Position numbers and translations under genes: made by a program | In this document: piece after piece, positions 54,901 to 64,000 of the stretch | Layout: the number at the start of each line of letters is the position of its first letter | Numbering within the stretch: position 1 is the first letter of the stretch | NCBI RefSeq assembly: GCF_963921235.1 | Contig: NC_086097.1 | Location: 101,310,001 to 101,374,000 of the forward strand | Direction of reading: 5' to 3' | DNA: 64,000 nt | From: Mobula hypostoma | Taxonomy: Eukaryota | Notes under the pieces: generated by a model | Databases searched by the model: none | Seen by the model: only the letters and a program-made list of their open reading frames with translations | What the model was told of the DNA's origin: nothing

Positions 54901-57900
54901 ACATCACCTTAGAATCCAGCTCCTATCTCAAGGTTAGTGCTAGGACATAACCCAAGAATCCAACTCCTGTCTCATGGTCAATGTTAGGGACATCACTCAG
55001 GAATCCAGCTCCTAACTCGTGGTCAGTGATAGGGACATCACACCAGAATCCTGCTCCTGTCTCATGCTCAGTGTTCAGACATCACCCCCAAATCCAGCTC
55101 CTGTCTCATGATCAGTGTTCAGACAACACCCCGAAATCCAGCTCCTGTCTCATGGTCATTGCTGGGACAATACCCCAGAATCCAGCTCCTGTCTCATGGT
55201 TACTGCTGGGACATCACTCCGGAATCAGTTCCAGCCTCGAGATCAGTGCTGGGACCTCACGCCAGAATCCAGCTCCTGTCTCATACTCAGTGCTGGGACA
55301 TCAACCCAGAATCAAGCTCCTGCCTCATGGTCAGTGCTCGGACATCACCCCAGCATCCAGCTCCTGCCTCGTAGTCGGTTCTGGGACATCACCCCAGAAT
55401 CCAGCTCCTGCCTCATGCTCAGTGCTGGGACATCACCCCAGAATCCAGCTCCTGCCTCATAGTCAGTGCTAGGACATCACCCCAGAATCCAGCTCCTGTC
55501 TCATGGTCAATGTTGAGACATCACCCCAAAATCCAGCTCCTGTCTCATGGTCAGTGCTGGGACATCACCCCAGAATTCAGCTCCTGTCTCATGGTCAGTG
55601 CTGGGACATCACCCCAGAATTCAGCTCCTGTCTCAAGGTTAGTGCTAGGACATCACCCCGGAATCAGTTCCCTCCTCGAGATCAGTGCTGGGACATCACC
55701 CCAGAATCCAGCTCCTGTCACATGGTCAGTGCTGGGACATCACCCCAGAATCCAGCTCCAGCCTCATGGTCAGTATTGGGGACATCACCCCAGAATCCAG
55801 CTCCTGCCTCGTGGTCAGTGCTAGGACATCACCCCAGAATCCAGCTCCTGCCTCATGGTCAGTGCTGGGACATCACACCAGAATCCAGCTCCTGCCTCAT
55901 GGTTGGTGAAAGGGCATCACCCCTGAATCCAGATACAGTCTCATGGTCAGTGCTCGGACATCACCCCAGAATCCAACTCCTGTCTCATGGTCAGTGCTAG
56001 GACATGACCCCAGAATCCAGCTCCTGTCTCATGGTCAATGTTGGGGACATCAATCTGGAATCGAGCACCTGTCTCATGGCCAGTGCTAGGACATCACCCC
56101 AGAATCCAGCTCCTGTCTAATGGTCAGTGCTAGGACATCACCCCAGAATCCAGCTCCTGTCTTGTGGTCAGTGTCGGGACAGCACCCCAGAATCCAGCTC
56201 CTGTCTTGTGGTAAGTGTTGAGACATCACACCAGAATCCAGATCCTGCCTCATGGTCAGTGTTGGGGACATCACCCCAGAATCCAACTCCTGCCTCATGG
56301 TCAGTGCTGGGACATCACCCCAGAATCCAGATCCTGTCTCATGGTCAGTGCTGGGACATCACCCCAGAATCCAACTCCTGTCTCATGGTCAGTGCTAGGA
56401 CATGACCCCAGAATCCAGCTCCTGTCTCATGGTCAATGTTGGGGACATCACTCTGGAATCGAGCACCTGTCTCATGGCCAGTGCTAGGACCTCACCCCAG
56501 AATCCAGCTCCTGTCTTGTGGTCAGTGTTGGGACATCACCCCGAAATCCAGGTCCTGTCTCATGGTCAGTGCTGGGACAATACCCCAGAATCCAGCTCCT
56601 ACCTCATGCTCAGTATTGGGACATCACCCCAGAATCCAGCTCCTGCCTCATGGTCAGTGCTGGGATATCACCCCAGAATCCGGCTCCTGCCTCATGGTCA
56701 GTGATAGGGACATCACCCTAGAATCCAGCTCCTGCCTCATGGTTAGTGCTAGGACATCACCCCAGAATCCAGCTCCTGTTTCATGGTCAATGTTGGGGAC
56801 ATCACTCTGGAATCCAGCTCCTGTCTCGTGGTCAGTGATAGGGACATCACCCCAGAATCCAGCTCCTCTCTCATGGTTAGTGCTAGGACATCACTCCGGA
56901 ATACAGCTCCTGTCTCATGGTCAGTGTTGAGACATCACCCCAGAATTCAGCTCCTGTCTCATGGTTACTGCTGGGACATCACTCCGGAATCAGTTCCAGC
57001 CTCAAGATCAGTGCTGGGACATCACCCCAGAATCCAGCTCCTGTCTCATGGTTACTGCTGGGACATCACTCCGGAATCAGTTCCAGCCTCAAGATCAGTG
57101 CTGGGACATCACCCCAGAATCCAGCTCCTGTCTCATGGTCAGTGCTAGGACATCACCCCAGAATCCAGCTCCTGCCTCGAGGTCAGTGTTGGAACATCAC
57201 CCCAGAATCCAGCTCCTGTCTCATGGTCGGTGCTGGGACATCACTCAGGAATCCAGCTCCTACCTCATGGTCAGTGATAGGGACATCACCCCAGAATCCA
57301 GCTCCTGTCTCATGGTCGGTGATAGGGACATCACCCCAGAATCCAGCTCCTGTCTCATGGTCGGTGCTGGGACATCACCCAGGAATCCAGCTCCTGTCTC
57401 ATGGTCGGTGCTGGGACATCACTCAGGAATCCAGCTCCTACCTCATGGTCAGTGATAGGGAAATCACCCCAGAATCCAGCTCCTGTCTCATGGTCAGTGC
57501 TGGGACATCACCCCAGAATCCAGCTCCTGTCTCATGGTTACTCCTGGGACATCACTCCGGAATCAGTTCCAGCCTCGAGATCAGTGCTGGGACATCACCC
57601 CAGAATCCAGCTCCAGCCTCATAGTCAGTGCTGGGACATCACCCCAGAATCCAGCTCCAGCCTCATGGTCAGTATTGGGGACATCACCCAAGAATCCAGC
57701 TCCTGCCTCGTGGTCAGTGTTGGGGACATCACCCCAGGATCCAGCTCCTGCCTCATGGTCAGTGCTGGGACATCACACCAGAATCCAGCTCCTGTCTCAT
57801 GGTCAGTGATAGGGACATCACCCCAGAATCCAGCTCCTGTCTCCTGGTCAGTGCTGGGACATCACACCAGAATCCAGCTCCTGTCTCATGGTCAGTGATA

Positions 57901-60900
57901 GGGACATCACACCAGAATCCAGCTCCTGCCTCATGGTTGGTGTGAGGGCATCACCCCTGAATCCAGATACAGTCTCATGGTCAGTGCTCGGACATCACCC
58001 CAGAATCCAACTCCTGTCTCATGGTCAGTGCTAGGACATGACCCCAGAATCCAGCTCCTGTCTCATGGTCAATGTTGGGGACATCACTCTGGAATCGAGC
58101 ACCTGTCTCATGGCCAGTGCTAGGACATCACCCCAGAATCCAGCTCCTGTCTAATGGTCAGTGCTAGGACATCACCCCAGAATCCAGCTCCTGTCTTGTG
58201 GTCAGTGTCGGGACATCACCCCAGAATCCAGCTCCTCCCTCGTGGTCAGTGTTGGGGACATCACCCCAGGATCCAGCTCCTGCCTCATGGTCAGTGCTGG
58301 GACATCACACCAGAATCCAGCTCCTGTCTCATGGTCAGTGATAGGGACATCACCCCAGAATCCAGCTCCTGTCTCCTGGTCAGTGCTAGGACATCACCCC
58401 AAATCCCAGCTCCTGCCTCGTAGTCAGTGCTGGGACATCACCCCAGAATCCAGCTCCTGCCTCATGGTCAGTGCTGGGACATCACCCCAGAATCCAGCTC
58501 CTGTCACATGGTCAGTGCTAGGACATCACCCCAAAAACCAGCTCCTGCCTCGTAGTCAGTGATAGGGACATCGCCCTAGAATCCAGCTCCTGTCTCATGG
58601 TCAATGTTGGGGACATCACTCCGGAATCCAGCCCCTGTCTCGTGGTCAGTGCTGGGACATCACTCAGGAATCCAGCTCTACCTCGTGGTCAGTGACAGGG
58701 ACATCACCCCAGAATCCAGCTCCTGTCTCATGCTCGGTGCTGGGACATCACCCTGGAATCCAGCTCCTGCCTCGTGGTCAGTGATAGGGACATCACCCCA
58801 GAATCCAGCTCCTGTCTCATGATCAGTGCTAGGACAGCACCCTGGAATCCAGCTCTTGCCTCGTTGTCAGTGCTGGGACATCACCCGAGAATCCAGCTCC
58901 TGGTCAGTGCTAGGACATCACCCCAGAATCCAGCTCCTGCCTCATGATCAGTGCTAGGACATCACCCCAGAATCCAGCTCCTGCCTCATGGCCAGTGTTG
59001 AGACATCACTCCAGAATCCAGCTCCTGTCTCATGGTCAGTGTTGGGACATCACTCCAGAATCCAGCTCCTGTCTCATGGTCAGTGTTGGGACATCACCCC
59101 AGAATCCAGCTCCTGCCTCATGGTCAGTGCTGGGTCATCACCCCGGATCCAGCTCCTGTCTCATGGTCAATGTTGGGGACATCACTCTGGAATCCAGCTC
59201 CTATGTCATGGTCAGTTCTGGGACATCACTCAGGAATCCAGCTCCTACCTCATGGGCAGTGATAGGGACATCACCCTAGAATCCAGCTCCTGTCTCATGG
59301 TCAGTGCTGGGACATCACCCCAGAATCCAGCTCCTGTCTCATGGTCGGTGCTGGGACATCACCCCAGAATCCAGCTCCTGTCTCATGGTCAGTGTTGAGA
59401 CATCACCCCAAAATCCAGCTCCTGTCTCATGGTCAGTGCTGGGACATCACCCCAGAATTCAGCTCCTGTCTCAAGGTTAGTGCGAGGACATCACCCCGGA
59501 ATCAGTTACCTCCTCGAGATCAGTGCTGGGACATCACCCCAGCATCCAGCTCCTGTCACATGGTCAGTGCTGGGACATCACCCCAGAATCCAGCTCCTGT
59601 CTCATGGTCAGTGCTGGGACATCACCCCAGAATCCAGCTCCTGTCTCATGGTCAATGTTAGGGACATCACCCGAGAATCAGCTCCTGCCTCATGGTCGGT
59701 GATAGGCACATCACCCCAGAATCCAGCTCCTGTCTCATGGTCTGTGTTAGGACATCACCCCGAAATCCAGCTCCTGTCTCATCGTCAGTGCTGGGTCATC
59801 ACCCCAGAATCCAGCTCCTGCCTCATGGTCAGTGATAGGGACATCACCCCAGAATCCTGCTCCTGTCTCATGGTCAGTGTTGGGATATCACCCCAGAATC
59901 CAGCTCCTGCCTCATGGTCACTGCTGGGACATCACCCGAGAATCCAGCTCCTGTCTCATGATCAGTGTTAGGACATGACCCCAGAAACCAGTTCCTGCCT
60001 CATGGTCAGTGATAGGGACATCACCCCAGAATCCAGCTCCTGCCTCACGGTCAGTGATATGGACATCACCCCAGAATCCAGCTCCTGTCTCATGGTCGGA
60101 GATAGGGACATCACCCCAGAATCCAGCTCCTGCCTCGTGATTGGTGCTGCAACATCACCCCAGAATCCAGCTCCTGCCTCATGGACGGTAATAGTGACAT
60201 TACCCCAGAATCCAGCTCCTGCCTCGTAGTCAGTGCTAGGATATCACCCCAGAATCCAGCTCCTGTCTCATGGTCAGTGTTGGGGACATCACCCCAGAAT
60301 CCAGCTCCTGCCTCATGGTCAGTGCTGGGATATCACCCCAGAATCCAGCTCCTGTCTCATGGTCAGTGGTGGGACATCACCCCAGAATCCAGCTCCTGTC
60401 TCGTGGTCAGTGCTGGGACATCACCCCAGAATCCAGCTCCTGCCTCGTGGTCAGTGCTGGGACATCACCCCAGAATCCAGCTCCTACCTCGTGATCAGTG
60501 CTGGGACATCACCCCAGAATCCAGCTCCTGCCTCGTGGTCAGTGCTGGGACATCACGCCAGAATCCAGCTCCTGCCTCGTGGTCAGTGATAGGGACATCA
60601 CCCCAAAATCCAGCTCCTGCCTCGTGGTCAGTGTTGGGACATCACCCCAGAATCCAGCTCCTGCCTCGTGGTCTGTGCTGGGACATCACCCCGGATTCCA
60701 GTTCCTGCCTCATGGTCAGTGTTGGGACATCACCCCAGCATCCAGCTCCTGCCTTGTGGTCAGTGCTGGGACATCACCCCAGAATCCAGCTCCTGTCTCA
60801 TGGTCAGTGATGGGGACATCACCCAGAATCCAGCTCCAACCTCATGGTCAGTGCTGGGACATCACTCTGGAATCCAGCTCCTGTCTCGTGGTCACTGCTG

Positions 60901-63900
60901 GGACATCACCCCAGAATCCAGCTCCTGTCTCGAGGTCAGTGTTGGGACATCACCCCAGAATCCAGCTCCTGTCTCGTGGTCAGTGCTGGGACATCACCCC
61001 AGAATCCAGCTCCTGCCTCATGGTCAGCGTTGAGACATCACCCCAGAATCCAGCTCCTGCCTCATGGTCAGTGCTGGGACATCATCCCAGAATCCAGCTC
61101 CTGTCTCAAGGTCAATGGTGGGACATCACCCCAGAATCCAGCTCCTGTCTCGAGGTCAGTGGTGGGACATCACCCCACACTCCAGCTCCTGCCTCGTGGT
61201 CAGTGCTGGGACATCACCCTAGAATCCAGCTCCTACCTCATGGTCAGTGCTGGGACATCACCCCAGATTCCAGCTCCTGCCTCGTGGTCAGTGCTGTGAC
61301 ATCAACCCAGAATCCAGCTCCTGCCTCATGGTCAGTGGTGGGATATCACCCCAGAATCCAGCTCCTGCCTCGTAGTCAGTGATAGGGACATCACCCCAGA
61401 ATCCAGCTCCTGCCTCGTGGTCAGTGATAGGGACATCACCCCAGAATCCAGCTCCTGCCTCGTGGTCAGTGTTGGGACATCACCCCAGAATCCAGCTCCT
61501 GCCTCATGGTCAGTGCTGGGACATCACCCCAGAATCCAGCTCCTGCCTCATGGTCAGTGCTGGGACATCACCCCAGAATCCAGCTCCTGTCTCGAGGTCA
61601 GTGGTGGGACATCACCCCAGAATCCAGCTCCTGTCTCATGGTCAGTGTTGGGATATCACCCCAGAATCCAGCTCCTGCCTCATGGTCACTGCTGGGACAT
61701 CACCCGAGAATCCAGCTCCTGTCTCATGATCAGTGTTAGGACATGACCCCAGAAACCAGTTCCTGCCTCATGGTCAGTGATAGGGACATCACCCCAGAAT
61801 CCAGCTCCTGCCTCACGGTCAGTGATATGGACATCACCCCAGAATCCAGCTCCTGTCTCATGGTCGGTGATAGGGACATCACCCCAGAATCCAGCTCCTG
61901 CCTCGTGATTGGTGCTGCAACATCACCCCAGAATCCAGCTCCTGCCTCATGGACGGTAATAGTGACATTACCCCAGAATCCAGCTCCTGCCTCGTAGTCA
62001 GTGCTAGGATATCACCCCAGAATCCAGCTCCTGTCTCATGGTCAGTGTTGGGGACATCACCCCAGAATCCAGCTCCTGCCTCATGGTCAGTGCTGGGATA
62101 TCACCCCAGAATCCAGCTCCTGTCTCATGGTCAGTGGTGGGACATCACCCCAGAATCCAGCTCCTGTCTCGTGGTCAGTGCTGGGACATCACCCCAGAAT
62201 CCAGCTCCTGCCTCGTGGTCAGTGCTGGGACATCACCCCAGAATCCAGCTCCTACCTCGTGATCAGTGCTGGGACATCACCCCAGAATCCAGCTCCTGCC
62301 TCGTGGTCAGTGCTGGGACATCACGCCAGAATCCAGCTCCTGCCTCGTGGTCAGTGATAGGGACATCACCCCAAAATCCAGCTCCTGCCTCGTGGTCAGT
62401 GTTGGGACATCACCCCAGAATCCAGCTCCTGCCTCGTGGTCTGTGCTGGGACATCACCCCGGATTCCAGTTCCTGCCTCATGGTCAGTGTTGGGACATCA
62501 CCCCAGCATCCAGCTCCTGCCTTGTGGTCAGTGCTGGGACATCACCCCAGAATCCAGCTCCTGTCTCATGGTCAGTGATGGGGACATCACCCAGAATCCA
62601 GCTCCAACCTCATGGTCAGTGCTGGGACATCACTCTGGAATCCAGCTCCTGTCTCGTGGTCACTGCTGGGACATCACCCCAGAATCCAGCTCCTGTCTCG
62701 AGGTCAGTGTTGGGACATCACCCCAGAATCCAGCTCCTGTCTCGTGGTCAGTGCTGGGACATCACCCCAGAATCCAGCTCCTGCCTCGTGGTCAGTGCTG
62801 CGACATCACCCCAGAATCCAGCTCCTGCCTCATGGTCAGCGTTGAGACATCACCCCAGAATCCAGCTCCTGCCTCATGGTCAGTGCTGGGACATCATCCC
62901 AGAATCCAGCTCCTGTCTCAAGGTCAATGGTGGGACATCACCCCAGAATCCAGCTCCTGTCTCGAGGTCAGTGGTGGGACATCACCCCACACTCCAGCTC
63001 CTGCCTCGTGGTCAGTGCTGGGACATCACCCTAGAATCCAGCTCCTACCTCATGGTCAGTGCTGGGACATCACCCCAGATTCCAGCTCCTGCCTCGTGGT
63101 CAGTGCTGTGACATCAACCCAGAATCCAGCTCCTGCCTCATGGTCAGTGGTGGGATATCACCCCAGAATCCAGCTCCTGCCTCGTAGTCAGTGATAGGGA
63201 CATCACCCCAGAATCCAGCTCCTGCCTCGTGGTCAGTGATAGGGACATCACCCCAGAATCCAGCTCCTGCCTCGTGGTCAGTGTTGGGACATCACCCCAG
63301 AATCCAGCTCCTGCCTCATGGTCAGTGCTGGGACATCACCCCAGAATCCAGCTCCTGCCTCATGGTCAGTGCTGGGACATCACCCCAGAATCCAGCTCCT
63401 GTCTCGAGGTCAGTGGTGGGACATCACCCCAGAATCCAGCTCCTGTCTCATGGTCAGTTATAGGGACATCACCACAGAATCCAGCTCCTGCCTCGTGATC
63501 AGTGCTAGGGACATCACCCCAGAATCCAGCTCCTGCCTCATGGTCAGTGCTGCGACATCACCCCAGAATCCAGCTCCTGCCTCATGGTCAGTGTTGAGAC
63601 ATCACCACAGAATCCAGCTCCTGCCTCATGGTCAGTGCTGGGATATCACCCCAGAATCCAGCTCCTGTCTCGAGGTCAGTGGTGGGACATCACCCCGGAA
63701 TGCAGCTCCTGCCTCGTGGTCAGTGCTGGGACATCACCCCAGAATCCAGCTCCTGCCTTGTGGTCAGTGTTGAGACATCACCCCAGAATCCAGCTCCTGT
63801 CTCATGGTCAGTGTTCAGACATCACCCCCAAATCCAGCTCCTGTCTCATGGTCAGTGTTGAGACATCACCCCGAAATCCAGCTCCTGTCTCATCGTCAGT

Positions 63901-64000
63901 GCTGGGACATCACCCCACAATGCAGCTCCTGCCTCATGGTCAGTGCTACTACATCACCCTAGAATCCAGCTCCTGCCTCATGGTCAGTGATAGGGACATC
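51938..64000. repeat. 44-bp-unit satellite array, ~270 copies, C-rich on + strand; continues beyond the right edge
   Basis: Consensus GGTCAGTGCTGGGACATCACCCCAGAATCCAGCTCCTGTCTCAT, with frequent 45-bp variants (GATAGGGAC, GTTGGGGAC). Plus-strand ORFs show a 44-aa period (MVSAGTSPQNPAPVSWSVLGHHPRIQLLSHGQCWDITPESSSCL). The first few units are more diverged. Confidence 0.98.

Noticed and set aside
52073..63861. Many ORFs in the 44-bp array
   Set aside because: Same reason: the consensus is stop-free, identical peptides appear in all frames, and 44/45-bp frameshifts are frequent.
51938..64000. Iron-responsive-element loop (CAGTGC) and DR5-like TGGTCA-N5-GGGACA in the 44-mer
   Set aside because: The bases flanking CAGTGC do not form the required 5-bp upper stem. 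Both nuclear-receptor half-sites deviate from consensus.

Overview
This is eukaryotic, vertebrate-type DNA. The CR1, V-SINE, Rex-Babar and Tx1 repeat set suggests a cartilaginous fish such as a ray or shark (inference). About 57 of the 64 kb are two tandem satellite arrays: a 32-bp-unit array (1-~45010, ~1400 units, runs off the left edge) and a 44-bp-unit array (~51938-64000, ~270 units, runs off the right edge). Nearly all ORFs in the track are by-products of satellite strands that lack stop codons. Between the arrays is a ~7-kb island of decayed, nested retroelements. It holds one intact 90-bp, phase 0/0 coding exon on the minus strand (50065-50154, [30 protein letters not shown]), which I recognise as a PH-domain exon of PLEKHD1. 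I could not find its neighbouring exons, so both satellites probably sit inside very large introns. The most notable observation is that the two otherwise different satellites share a hairpin core (CTGGGACATCAC[AT]CCCAG) in opposite orientation. The introns on either side of the exon would therefore carry hundreds to over a thousand mutually complementary motifs. Family and gene assignments come from recalled motifs, not database searches.
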